Assembly (NCBI RefSeq): GCF_006345805.1
Contig: NC_042998.1
Location: 78,368,001-78,432,000 of the forward strand
DNA from: Octopus sinensis
Lineage: Eukaryota
Direction: 5' to 3'
Length of the DNA stretch: 64,000 bases
A model generated the notes under the pieces. It searched no databases and was not told the DNA's origin. It saw nothing but the letters and a program-made list of their open reading frames with translations. The position numbers and the translations under genes are program-made. This document shows positions 11,896 through 24,966 of this stretch, piece after piece (the first letter of the stretch is position 1; each line of letters starts with the position of its first letter).

Positions 11896-12789
11896 ACGGA
11901 GATGTACTTGCATAGCAAGTGACCTGATCTGAGATCGTGTGCTGGAAGGAAAATAATTGCAGCGTGGAAGGTGTTTATAAGCCTTTTAAGAAACACACAA
12001 AAACCGTTAGATTCACTTCAACATTTAAATTTAATTTGCTAACATGCACATAGATGTGTATACACACTTACACGTGTTTGTATATGAGTGTGTGAACGTA
12101 TATGTATGTCTATATGAGCAGGCATGGAAGTGTCTTTAAGAAATTCGTTTTCACGTCCATATGGTTTCAAGTTTGACTGCACCTGTATGACATCTTAGGT
12201 AAGTATTTTCACCTATAACTTCAAGAAGACTAACGATAAAAGCAAACCTTCGGCAAACCAATTGTGTGTGTGTGTGTGTGCGCGCATGTGTGTTCATAAG
12301 TGTTGTGTATGTGATCAAGAACGTTATGTGTGTGTGTGTGTTGGTATGTCAATACCTGCTTTTCCGTTGACACCACTCTAAACCAAGAATTTGCTTTTAT
12401 TATTATTTTTATTTTTGTGGCCTCTTTTTTTTGGTATCCCGTAACTTCGAGGTTCAACTATTAATGTCTGATAAGATGATATCCAGGTCCAAAATTAAAT
12501 TCTAGGGTCGCTATCATCGACTAAAACAGTATTTCCCAGCCTAGGTCTACGACAAAGTTCACTGGTGTCACAGAAAAATTTGAGAATTGGGACACAGGTT
12601 GAATGATGTGGGGTACATAGCTACCACTCTATTTCTTCCTAAAATTTTCTATTACTGTCTGTAACTATTGAAACTTACAAAAAGACACGCACACACACAG
12701 ACACACAGACACACAATGTATTTTTCTGTATCTTAAGTTTCGTCATAACAGGAAAAAGGATTCATTTGACACTTCGATAATAATTTATC

Positions 12790-14187
12790 ATTGATGAATA
12801 AAGTATTAAGGTGGCATTGGAAAGTATTGCATGAATTAAATATTACGTTACTGAATTTGAAGTTTACACATCCGGTGACACTCTTTGAGTCACTTTGTTG
12901 AACTTTCGGACAGTGTAATGTTTCTGAATGGCAAAATGCTTGAAGAACAAGTCTTAGCTGCCAAATGTGACTTTTGGATATATTTAAAAAGCTAAATTTA
13001 CTGAACAAAGTTACAAGGTAAAAATATAAATCTATTAATTTGCAAAGAAGCTACAAGAGCTTTTTTTTTTTTTTTTTCAAAAATTAGATCTATTCAAGAT
13101 AGTAAGAGGTTGATGCATTTTCGATCCCTTTCCACTACTGAGAAGGAGCTGCAAAAGGGTTATATCTCAGTGTACACCCAACACTTGAAAAAAATTGCAG
13201 AATGATAAAGAAATTAGGTTCAATGATCTGGAAATGAACTTTCCAAGTTGGGTGGTAAACTCGTTTGGGACATATCAGACAACAAGAAAGCCTTACTGGG
13301 CTACAGAATAATCCGACTATTTAAGCTAAATTTAATCATAGGTTCAATAACATGTCAACAAGCAGTGAAATTGTTATGGCATCCACATTGCTTTGGCAGA
13401 AAGTAAAATTATAACTCATTGCTTGTTCTAGTTGAATCAAATTTTAGCTGAGTACCTTTCCTATTATCAAAAGTTCACACTCAGCTAATAAGTTGTAAGT
13501 TGAGATGATCTTCATTAGTCGCAAACCATTGACAATGATATCGAGAAGCGAGCAAAACTGCCTCGGTCACAATGACCTCATTGAATGAATTCAGTAAAAA
13601 GTTTATATGATATATCGTATTTTACTAAAATATTTTTTGTGCAAAAAACATGATTATCTTTCAGAAGTTATAAACTTATGATGGCAATGAAAGTTTGTGT
13701 TATATCGCAAAAAATAATGTACGCTTGTGAATGGTTGTTTCATGAACCCACTTTTTTTCTGAAATATAGAGAATATAATAGAGAATAAATGTGTAATTGA
13801 TAGACATTGATATTTTTTATGGAGTTTATAATGTTGATGTTAGAAAACAGGTCACTGCTGAAAAAAAATTCTAATGTCTATTATAAATTTTTGTTCGTAA
13901 CTTGTTTCCATGACATATTATCGATTTTTAAATATTCATTCAAATATATTTCCTGATAATGAAACTAATTTAAAACAATTAAAAATTAAAATTTTGCAAC
14001 AATTCGAAATTTACAAAATTTATTTTTAAGTTCTTAATTTTTTCATAGGTGATCGGTTTCTACAATTTACTATTTATTACAAAATTGAAATATGTTTTCA
14101 TTTATGATATTTAGAGGCCCGCAGAAAAATTTAAAGATCCTAAGTGGGGGGGGGGGGGGCATGAGGTAAATTCGTTGGGAACCATTG
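12790..14187 (+). mobile_element. hAT (Charlie/SPIN-like) transposon relic: C-terminal transposase and right TIR
   Basis: Frameshifted fragments DIFKKLNLLNK/LQGKNINL, EIRFNDLEMNFPSWVVNSF and VESNFS are present, plus a dimerisation-domain-like end. The terminal TTGGGAACCATTG (14175-14187) is the reverse complement of a CAGTGGTTCCCAA-type TIR. Confidence 0.65.
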
Positions 14188-14298
14188 AGCAAATAAAGCA
14201 ATAACAAACAGTGCCCGCTATGGCTGCAATCCAGTAAATGAAACAAGTAAAATACACACTGATGTTCTGGTCGGTCACGTGGTCATGTGACACTCATA

Positions 14299-14400
<102 letters not shown>

Positions 14401-14437
14401 TATATGTATATATATATATAATATATATATATATTAT

Positions 14438-14506
<69 letters not shown>

Positions 14507-16868
14507 GCATGTATGTATGTATGTATATATATATATTGGTTGAACGATCTGATACTACATACACCCACCTTACTCCATCTAAATATACTTGTTTTGAAGT
14601 ACCGAGGAAATCTTTGTAATTTTGTGTTAAAAGTAGTCTCTAGAGGAAAATTTAGATCATGAGATTAGTGCTCAATAAAAGAATGTAAGCGACTATACAA
14701 ATAAGAAAGACCAAAAAATAATAATAATACAAGCAATGTCCCTTAATCGTTATAAGGGTTTTCTAGTCAACGATTAATCATGTTACTGTTATCAAGTGAC
14801 CAACCACATGAAACTTAATAGATAAAATTGCTGTTATAATTGTACTGAGAATATCAAGTATTGTATTAATATATTTAGATATTGATTTCATTGGCATCGA
14901 TATAAGAATTGGAAGGTGATTATGGTGTGTAAACGTTTGAGGATATTGATATAGAAATGTGTCTATTTTAGAAATATAGGGACTAATGCATCTTTGATTG
15001 TATCGAACTTACAGTTACATTCATACGATGTATTTCCTGTTCACGGGGTTCGCGCAACGACGTGAACCTCTTAAAATGCAGGACACACGTTCATCCTACC
15101 TCTTCTATGCAAGTAAATTTGATGAGAATGTATGCATATGATTTATTTGGTGATATGCATATCATTTATTTGATGGTGAGAATATGCACATATCCATTAT
15201 TTGTATGTGGTGTGCGAGTAGAGTATGAATTAAGGAACAGTTATATTCCCAATGCAATACGGACTCAATGTAATCAATAATTATGACCGCCTTATGGCTA
15301 ATTGCCTAACTTCAGTACAAGTAAACAACTGTTTCATGATATCGCAAGGCATTATAATGACGCCTTGATACGATGTGAAAACTGTATCTAATGAAAACAA
15401 GGGAAGTACTAACAAGAGTAAATTAAATGAAACAGAATATAATTTGGTACAACCTTCCTTTTCAAATCTTTCAGTAGCAAATTCAACAACACAAATTGAT
15501 CACTAAGTATATCAGCCCATTCAAAATTTTTTTTACAAAATGTTCAACAACAATAGTTAAATTGTCATAATCATATCTATCCAAATACTTGCTTCTTCAA
15601 ACAACTAACTAATCATCATGAATCTAATACGAAATTTAAAAAATCAATCAAAATAAGTGTTTCATTTCGAAGCCAACCCACAACCATTATTTGTATAAGC
15701 ACAAGTAACGACACATCTTTGTATTCTTACATGTGTACCATAAACAATATGTATGCACCATGTAACATTGGCTGGAAGACCATCAGCTGAGGAGTTTTAC
15801 TATGACGATAAGAAAACTTACAATTTATGCGCAACGGAAACGTATGAAATATTATTTGCAACAAAAAACTCATTAATAAACACTTAGAACTATTTTCAGC
15901 AAGTTGACACTGACTGTATGATGAGTAATAATTATTTTTATCCCCAAATAGAGATCATCTATCCCAATTTCCCTATACTTGATTTGATTCAATTCTAACA
16001 ACCCACCTTCAAAAATTAATACCGCGTTCCCCACATACATATAAGAAGATATTTTCACAACGTCGTTTTATATATATGTAAATGGCCGTTGGACTTGTAT
16101 GAAAGAGATCAGAAAAACATAATTAATTGCACATGAAAGATTCAGAAACTAACAGAAACGTTGTAAAGCTGAAGTCATATGAATGTAACTATTAAGTCCA
16201 ATACAACAAAAGGTACCTAACTCTTTTTATTTTATGCATTAAATCTGTATATTGTATCGATTATTAAGATTATTAATATCTCAATATAATATCATCTAAT
16301 TTTCCAAATACAATTTTAATTACTTTTTAAAATCAAGTGAAACAAACAAAGATTTCATAAACACTGAAAAGATAGCAAAGTGAACACACAAATCAGAAAA
16401 CCTTCGAACAACCAAGATTCAACATACTAGCAATTTTTGCCTTTTTTATTATTATTTGTGAAGCCCTTCAAATGTCTTTAATACGGACCATAAATGCATA
16501 TATGTGGTGGTGGTAGGTATGTATATCATATATATATATATATATACATGTATGTGTGTATATGTGTGTGTACATACGCATATATTTATTGCTAGTTTTG
16601 GACATGTACACGCTAGCATACACACAAACATACACTCACATACAATGAAGAGAGTGAAAGATGAATTATAAAATTTGTGTTAATGCATACTTTTTTGCAA
16701 GCATTAGCATTTGGTCTTTATCTTAATTATTATTCATCATCATAATGTTATATTTATTAAATTAATGTATTCATCTCATTTTTAAGCTTTGGGAATTAGA
16801 ACTATTTTAATGTTATGGGTGTTCGTAACGGAGGTTAGGGCAATGGAGAATGAACAGATCCGCCTCTT

Positions 16869-16904
<36 letters not shown>

Positions 16905-18872
16905 TCTCTCTCATGGGAGTAATAAATTTTGGGGATCATTGCTACTACACACAAACATAGTAAACCGCATGCAAAAAGAAAAAAATGAAATAAATGGTGA
17001 ATATTAATATGGATTAAAAGTCCATCCAGTTGATTTACAATACTTCACAAATCATTAACATATGATGTTTCCTATCTGACTACTACTGGTACCAAAATGT
17101 TACTGCTTCTCTCAACTAACAAGCCGTACCAACTCCATCTCCACCCGTTATACATGCAGCTGCTGTTCCGATTGTCCTGATTATACATTTTTTTATCCGA
17201 ACCCTTGTTTTCAGAAACCGAAACCTTTTGGAATTTATTGTAAAGTCCCACGTCAGCCCTGATCCAGCAGATCTTTGCGCAGAAACGTTCCAACTCTAAG
17301 TCACGTCCTTAAAGCGTCCTTCCTTTGCTTTTTTCTGTTTTGTTTTTTGTTTGTTTTTTTCTATTTGATTTTTTTTTTCACATTGTAAGGTGCGATATGA
17401 GGGGAATTTAGTTGTAACTTCTAACTACTTGCTCGTCGAGCAAGCAAGTAAAAGCTCTCTTGGGGTTTCATTTTCGTTCTCGAACGTTGTTATTTGATCC
17501 CGGATCAATACTGATAGAGTAGGCTTATGATTAAAGCATTCCAATTGTGACCATTTCATCTTTTAAAGATACTTTTGGGGCCATATCATCGAAAATAGCC
17601 TTTATTTATTTAAATCGGTTGGGTATGATTTGATGGAGATTTGGCTACTAATCTCAGCAAATCCAAAGATCATGAACTAGGTATCACTACTACTACTACT
17701 GTTATTGCTTTGCTCTTAGTGAACTCTGATTGAGCAAATCTACGATTAGAAATGTTCTAGCCGTGACCATCGTGTCATTTCATAAATTAAGGGGTTCATG
17801 GTGTGGATTGTCCAATCTGCACTTCTTCCCTGGAGGCAACAACAACATGCACAAATTAAAACTGAATATCAACATTTATCTATTCTAGATTCGATCGCGA
17901 ACCTTTATTTCAAAACTGCAGTTTCAACGTTAACAAATTTCTTTTTTAAAAAATTATAATAAAATTACAGAAATCCCCTTTCAAGGCTCCGTTTTCACCC
18001 GCTTTTTATCATTATTATTATTATTATTATTATTATTTTGCATTATTCCCCTTTTCTGTTTGTCGTATCCGCCCCTTTATATTTTTTCTCTGTTAAAAAC
18101 CCGCCCACTTTTTCTCTTTCTCACTTCCCTTCATTTTCCCCTTACCTTATTTTCCCCTCTTTCTCTCTCTTTCTCTCTCTCTCTCTTATCTACAGTCTGC
18201 TGTTCTCTGTTTCCGCCTCTTTATCCTTATCTCTGTCCTTTCCTCCTCCTCCTCCTCCACCTCTGCCTCTTTTTTCTTTCTCTGTACTTGCCCTCATTTA
18301 ATGTTTCACTTATTTATTTATTTTATTATTTGCATCACTCACCGCTAGCAACCCAGCCACTCCCTACTCCCCACCCCCACAAAAAAAAAAATATATTTTT
18401 AATGTAAGTTCACATCATCACTGTGAACCCCCCCCCCTTTCCAGCTTCTACCAGCTTCTGTGCCAGCTTCTCCTTCCCATTCTTCTAGCTCCCTCCCCCG
18501 TTCTACTAACTTCTTTTTCCGTCACAGCCGTCGTTAATACCGTCGACACGATCTCCAACACTCCCACCACCACCATCATCAGTGTCACTACCACCATCAG
18601 CGTCACTTCACGGGCTTTCAATGCTTGCGTGCCACCCAGCTTACAAACTTACAAACTTCCTCAACCACCACAGTCAGTACGCTGTTTGTGTCTTGTGTGT
18701 GTGTGTATGTGTGCGCGCGCTGTAAGTGTCTTGTGTCTTGTGTGTGCATATGTGTCAGAAAGTATATATATATATATATATATATAGGGGTGAAAAGGAA
18801 CACACGAGTTGATATATATGAAAAAACAAGTAAAAAATAGAAAATGCTAAAATAATTTTATAGTGAACATTT

Positions 18873-18910
18873 CAGTACCGGTTTCGGTCATTTTGAGACC
18901 TTTTCAACTG
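18873..18910 (-). ncRNA. Minimal type I hammerhead ribozyme (U3:A8 variant), inverted-arm copy
   Basis: Exact reverse complement of 22347-22384. Confidence 0.7.
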
Positions 18911-19855
18911 TAACGATTAAATAATTAAATTTAGAAAAATTAGAAGAAAAGTTTTCTTAAAAGAATATTTCTATAGTAGTGTTCAGATTTAAGTGGCATT
19001 CTGCCTTTCTCTGACTCCCTTGTTTGCACTTGTGTGTTCGAGGTAGTTGTGAGTTCTTGGTAGGGTAGTAGAGGGAAGGCTGGTGAGGAAAGGGGGGTGG
19101 GAGAATCTGGGAGTGCCCTGATGGTCGTATTTTGAATGGTCAGTGGCGGCTGGCAGTCTCAGTTCAATTCAGGAGAATATTTATATTGACAGGCTTGTTT
19201 ATAGAATTAGCGTAGGTGTTATACTAAAAAACATTAGTGACAAACTTAAGGGGTAGGGGGTGGAGAAGAAGAAGAAGAAGAAGAAGAAGAAGAAGAAGAA
19301 GAAGAAGAAGAAGAAGGAGAAGGAGAAGGAGAAGATGATGGTGATGGTGGTGATGATTATGACGACGATGATGATGATAACGATGATGATGAAGAAGAAG
19401 AAGGAGGAGAAGGAGAAGATGGTGGTGATGATGGTGGCGATGATGATGAAGCCGATGATGATGAAGAAGAAGAAGAAGAAAAAAACAGAGAAGGGAGAAT
19501 ATGAATGGGTGTAAATATAGCTATGAAGGGGCTGATTAGTAATTGATTCTATGGAGTGTAGTATTTGTGTGTGTATATATATTTTTTTCTTTTATTCTAA
19601 AGTTGAGGTATATTAATTGTTTGTCGTAGACCCGTTAAGAAGTGGCTTGTATTTTGTAATAAAGAGATTTTCTTTACTTATTCTTTGTCTCGAGGTTGTA
19701 TCGTCCCTAAATTGGTAGAGGGGGAAAATTCTGAAGTTTGGTGTTTTTTTGTTGGCGCAAGTATCTATGTGTTGGCTAAAAGCTATTTTTCTGTTTTGGG
19801 GAATTTTTATCTGGGATCTGTGCAGGGCCATTCGTTTACGCAAACCATTTTTTGT

Positions 19856-21657
19856 TACTTTCTATGCTGGAAGACACAACATACTATGAAAAGGCACAAA
19901 ACTACAGTCAACAAAAAATAATGAGGGAACTAAAATCCATATTAAACCCATACAAAGCAGGGCTCACCGACAAAGAATATGATTATATGACCAATTTCAC
20001 AAGTAAAACTAGCCAATTCTACGGTATACCTAAGACACAAAAGTGAAAAAAAAGCAACGCATGCAAGATAGCTACAGACAAAATAATTAAAGTCCCTAAT
20101 CCTAATGACCTCAAATTGAGACCCATAATAGCAGTTCCCGCATGCGAAACCCACCGCTCAGTAACTTTTTAGACACCCTGTTAAAACCACTCCTCAAACA
20201 TGTCAAAAGCTATATAAGGGACGACTTAGATATGCTTAATCACCTACCGAATACTAAAACAAAAAACACATACTGGGTATCCTTCGATGTAGTCAACCTC
20301 TACTCCAACTCCCCCAGAGGCAATCCAATTCTGGCTAGAGAATCACGCCAACGAACTACCACACCGCATCAAAAAAGAATTTGTGATAGAAGGGGTTAAT
20401 TCATCCTGGAAAATAACTTCTTCGCCTTCAATGACAACTTCTACCGACAAAAATCGGGGACTGCGATGGGTACACGAATGGCCCCCTCCTTTGCCAACCT
20501 AGTCATAGGATACCTAGAGATCTGTCTGTATCGTAAGGTTCTAGATAGATATGGCAGCCCTTTCTCCATCTACATAGAAAACAACTGGAAGAGATATCTA
20601 GATGACTGTTTCATCCTTTGGCATAAAAAATAGAAAAACTCATAGAATTCCAGAAAATTTTAAACGGACTGGACGTAAACATCCAATTCACGATGGAATA
20701 TAGCCAACAACAACTCCCCCTTCCTCGATATCCTCATTAAGAAAGCTAATAATATAATAGAAACAGACATATACTATAAGCCTACAGACTCTAAGCAATA
20801 TCTTCCATTCAATTCATGCCACGCCAGACCACCAGGATGAATATCCCCTTCAATCTAGCAAAAGGATATGCCACTAGTCTCTAACGCAACACCACAGAGA
20901 CACACGACTACAAGAACTAAAAGATACCCTAATCACCAGGAACTATCCACCTTCACTTATTGACAAGTGCATTCAACGTGCCCTTCAACTTAACATCAAG
21001 GAACTGAGACATCCCAAATCAAAGAAAAACTTACAACCAAAAGCCTTACGATGCATCTCCACACACAACCCTCTCAATAACGAAGCCTTCGACACCATCC
21101 TCCACAACATACCCCTCCTAAAAAAAGACCACAGAATGAACACAATCCTCCAAACACACACGATCATAAAAAGCAAAAGACAGCCTAGATCCATGAAAAG
21201 TCTCCTTACACAAGCCCGAATTCACTCTTCAACACAGAAGCCGACAGTAAAAAAATGTGGAAGACCCAATTGCGGGATATGCGATAATCGAGGGTTCTGA
21301 GTTCTCCTTCAAACAGGGACAACGGTTTACAGTGAAAAGCAACTTCACATGTGCTTCGGAGAACCTAATACACTCACTAACCTGCTCCGGGTGTCAAGAG
21401 CAGTACATAGGCCAAACAAAAATGGTTTGCGTAAACGAATGGCCCTGCACAGATCCCAGATAAAAATTCCCCAAAACAGAAAAATAGCTTTTAGCCAACA
21501 CATAGATACTTGCGCCAACAAAAAAAACACCAACTTCAGAATTTTCCCCCTCTACCAATTTAGGGACGATACAACCTCGAGACAAAGAATAAGTAAAGAA
21601 AATCTCTTTATTACAAAATACAAGCCACTTCTTAACGGGTCTACGACAAACAATTAA
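19856..21657 (+). pseudogene. Frameshifted Penelope-like RT-GIY-YIG ORF (5'-truncated)
   Basis: RT motifs: SFDVVNLYSN (~20278), GTAMGTRMAPSFANL (~20458), WKRYLDDCF (~20586), LPFLD, TDIYYKPTDSKQYL. A CGRPNCGIC linker follows, then SLTCSGCQEQYIGQTK...LRKRMALHRS...KENLFITKYKPLLN. Several frameshifts and stops. Confidence 0.92.
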
Positions 21658-22346
21658 TATACCTCAACTTTAGAATAAAAGGAAAAAATATATATACACA
21701 CACAAATACTACACTCCATAGAATCCATTACTAATCAGCACCTTCATAGCTATATTTACACCCATTCATATTCTCCCTTCTCTGTTTTTTCTTCTTCTTC
21801 TTCTTCATCATCATCGTTATCATCATCATCGGCGTCATCATCATCGCCACCATCATCACCACCATCTTCTCCTTCTCCTCCTTCTTCTTCTTCATCATCA
21901 TCGTCGTCATAATCATCACCATCATCACCATATCTTCTCCTTCTTCCTTCTTCCTTCTTCTTCTTCTTCTTCTTCTTCTTCTTCTTCTTCTTCTTCTTCT
22001 CCACCCTACCCCTTAAGTTTGTCACTAATGTTTTTAGTATAACACCTACGCTAATTCTATAAACAAGCCTGTCAATATAAATATTCTCCTGAATTGAACT
22101 GAGACTGCCAGCCGCCACTGACCATTCAAAATACGACCATCAGGGCACTCCCAGATTCTCCCACCCCCCTTCCTCACCAGCCTTCCCTCTACCCCTACCA
22201 AGAACTCACAACTACCTCGAACACACAAGTGCAAACAAGGGAGTCAGAGAAAGGCAGAATGCCACTTAAATCTGAACACTACTATAGAAATATTCTTTTA
22301 AGAAAACTTTTCTTCTAATTTTTCTAATTTAATTATTTAATCGTTA

Positions 22347-22384
22347 CAGTTGAAAAGGTCTCAAAATGACCGAAACCGGTACTG
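22347..22384 (+). ncRNA. Minimal type I hammerhead ribozyme (U3:A8 variant) in the 3' pseudo-LTR
   Basis: CAG | TTGAAAA | GGTC-TCAAAAT-GACC | GAAA | C-CG-GTA | CTG. Stems I and II, a palindromic stem III (ACCGGT) and a GUA cleavage triplet are all present. Confidence 0.7.
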
Positions 22385-22433
22385 AAATGTTCACTATAAA
22401 ATTATTTTAGCATTTTCTATTTTTTACTTGTTT

Positions 22434-22492
<59 letters not shown>

Positions 22493-22688
22493 GTGTGTGT
22501 GTGTGTTTGTGTTTAAATCCGCTTTACATCAGCCTGTGTATGTATCATCGTGTGTGTGCTCAAATATAACTGCGTGTATATATATATATATATATTATAT
22601 ATATTATATATATATATATATATACTTTATTTAAAGCAGCAGACAATTCTTTTTTCCACCTTGTTTCACATTTATGTGCTTACTCTCC

Positions 22689-22726
<38 letters not shown>

Positions 22727-22945
22727 GTGTCTGTGTGTGCGTATGTTTAATTTTGTGTGTGTGTGTACGTGTGGACCAGCCAACTAATACAAAGATGAGT
22801 GCGTGTGTGTCTATGGTACGCGTGTGTGTGTAAATAATGTAAGAGAGTGTCTATATTAATTTCCCTTTCCACCACTCAACACTTTTACACACACAAACAC
22901 ATACACACACACACGCGCGCTCTGTAACACTCTCTCCTCTCTCTC

Positions 22946-22979
<34 letters not shown>

Positions 22980-23300
22980 CACGCGCAGGCGCTCAAACAC
23001 ACAGACAAATACACAATACCTACATCTCGATTAAATCCATCATTTGTAACCCTTAAATTATTTGACATATTTCAGAGACTACGAGGTGGTGATTGTGGTG
23101 GTTGGTGATAGTGCTGATTACAGTTGTGACGGTTGTGTTTGCGGTGATAAATCTCTTGGTAGTCGTCGTAGAGTTAGGGGGGATTGTGACAGTGATGACT
23201 AAGGCGGTAGTGGTGTTAGTGGTGATGGTTGTGGTAATGACAGTATGGTGGTTATGGTATGATTTTGGTGGTGGCGTTGGTTAGTTGTGAACGTGACAGC

Positions 23301-23372
<72 letters not shown>

Positions 23373-23392
23373 GGTGGTGGTGGTGGTGGTAA

Positions 23393-23435
<43 letters not shown>

Positions 23436-23572
23436 CGTGGTTTTGTGGCGGCGGCAAGGAAATAGGTGTGAGGAACCGTTTCTTTTCTCTTTTTACTAAT
23501 TGTTATTTTCACAGAATTTTTCCCCATAAAAATAGATAATTTATATGGGTTTGCATATCAGCAGTGTATGTA

Positions 23573-23627
<55 letters not shown>

Positions 23628-23655
23628 ACGTGTGTGTGAGTGCGTGTGTGTATGC

Positions 23656-23697
<42 letters not shown>

Positions 23698-23852
23698 GTG
23701 TGCGTGTGTGTGTTTGGGTGTTTGTACGTGTGTGTATATGTGTGTTTGTGTGTTTGTGTGTGTGTGTGTGTGTGTTTGTGCGTGTGTGCGTGTGTGTGTG
23801 TATGTGTGTTTGTGTGTGTGTGTGTGTGTGTGGTGTGTGTTTGTGCGTCTGT

Positions 23853-24020
23853 ATTTGTCCTCCAACACCGCTTGACAACCGATGCTGATGTGTTTGTATC
23901 CCAGTAAGTTAGCGGTTCGGCAAAACAGACAATAGAATAAGTACTAGGCTTACAAAGAATAAGTCGATAAAAGGCATGGCCGCAGTCAAATGACTGAAGT
24001 AGGTAAAAGAATAAAAGAGT
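23853..24020 (+). mobile_element. SINE family A, 3' portion after an expanded (TG)n tract
   Basis: GCTTGACAACCGATGCTG...GCATGGCCGCAGTCAAATGACTGAA matches 1963-2130. Confidence 0.8.
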
Positions 24021-24144
24021 TAAAGAATATATATATGCGCGCGCATACATAGGCTTGTGTGTCTACGTTACATGTTTATACTTTTATCTTACGCTCACCT
24101 GTCACTCCATAAATTGATTTGTGTGTGTGTGCAATATTCTTTTC

Positions 24145-24755
24145 TACTCTAGGCAGAAGGCTTGAAATTTTGTGGGGAGGGTGCCAGTCGATTGCATAGG
24201 CCCAGTACGCAACTGGTACTTAATTCATCGACTCCAAAAGGATGAAAGGCAAAGTCGACCTCGGCGGAATTTGAACTCAGAACATAAAAGACAGACGAAA
24301 TACCTATTTCTTTACTACCCACAATGGGGTAAACACAGAGAGGACAAACAAGGACAGACAAACGAATTAGGTCGATTATATCGACCCCAGTGCGTAACTG
24401 GTACTTATTTAATCGACCCCGAAAGGATGAAAGGCAAAGTCGACCTCGGCGGAATTTGAACTCAGAACGTAGCAGCAGATGAAATACGCCTACGCATTTC
24501 ACCCGGCGTGCTAACGTTTCTTATTTCTTTATTGTCCACAAGGAGCTAAACGCAGAGGGGACAAACAAGGACAGACAAACGGATTAAGTTGATTACATCG
24601 ACCCCAGTGCGTAACTAGTACTTAATTTATCGACCCCGAAAGGATGAAAGTCAAAGTCGACCTCGGCGGAATTTGAACTCAGAAAGCAGCGGCGAATGAA
24701 ATACAATAAAGCATTTCGCCCGGCGTGCTAACATTTGTGCCAGCTCGCCGCTTTA
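24145..24755 (-). mobile_element. Tandem trimer of SINE family B (two tail-1 units, one tail-2 unit)
   Basis: Three repeats of CCCGAAAGGATGAAAGGCAAAGTCGACCTCGGCGGAATTTGAACTCAGAA, with junctions at ~24302 and ~24521. Confidence 0.85.
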
Positions 24756-24920
24756 GTGTCCGCGTAATATTGTTTCAGTCATTAATCTACGGCTATACTG
24801 GGGCATCGTCTTGAAGAATTTTCCAGTGCAATGGATCGACCACAGTATTTAGTTTCCCCTGCTGATATGGGGACGTAACATCGGCTGTCAAGCGGTAGTG
24901 GGTGGACAGTCACAAAAACA

Positions 24921-24966
<46 letters not shown>

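Larger units (their letters stand above)
18787..22445 (+). mobile_element. Penelope-like retroelement (RT + GIY-YIG) with inverted 5' pseudo-LTR, inserted in (TA)n
   Basis: The arms ~18812-19855 and ~21415-22445 are reverse complements. The spacer encodes an RT and the right arm completes the GIY-YIG domain. (TA)n flanks both ends. Confidence 0.92.

Noticed and set aside
11890-12040. Another (TA)n-adjacent insert suspected to be a Penelope-like end
   Set aside because: No hammerhead core or homology to the other PLE pieces is visible within the fragment.
15332-15380. Possible pre-miRNA hairpin
   Set aside because: Only about 6 contiguous pairs near the loop, with many mismatches in the stem.
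17110-17300. Possible short exons (e.g. NRNLLEFIVKSHVSPDPADLCAETFQL*)
   Set aside because: No recognisable homology and no consistent splice chain.
21756-22118. Acidic D/E/K-rich ORF, and its mirror 19260-19514
   Set aside because: It comes from the (GAA)/(GAT) arrays inside the Penelope arms and is not a gene.
24170-24755. Regularly repeated ~50-bp motif superficially like a CRISPR array
   Set aside because: The units are whole SINE copies with homologous rather than unique spacers, in a eukaryotic context without cas genes.
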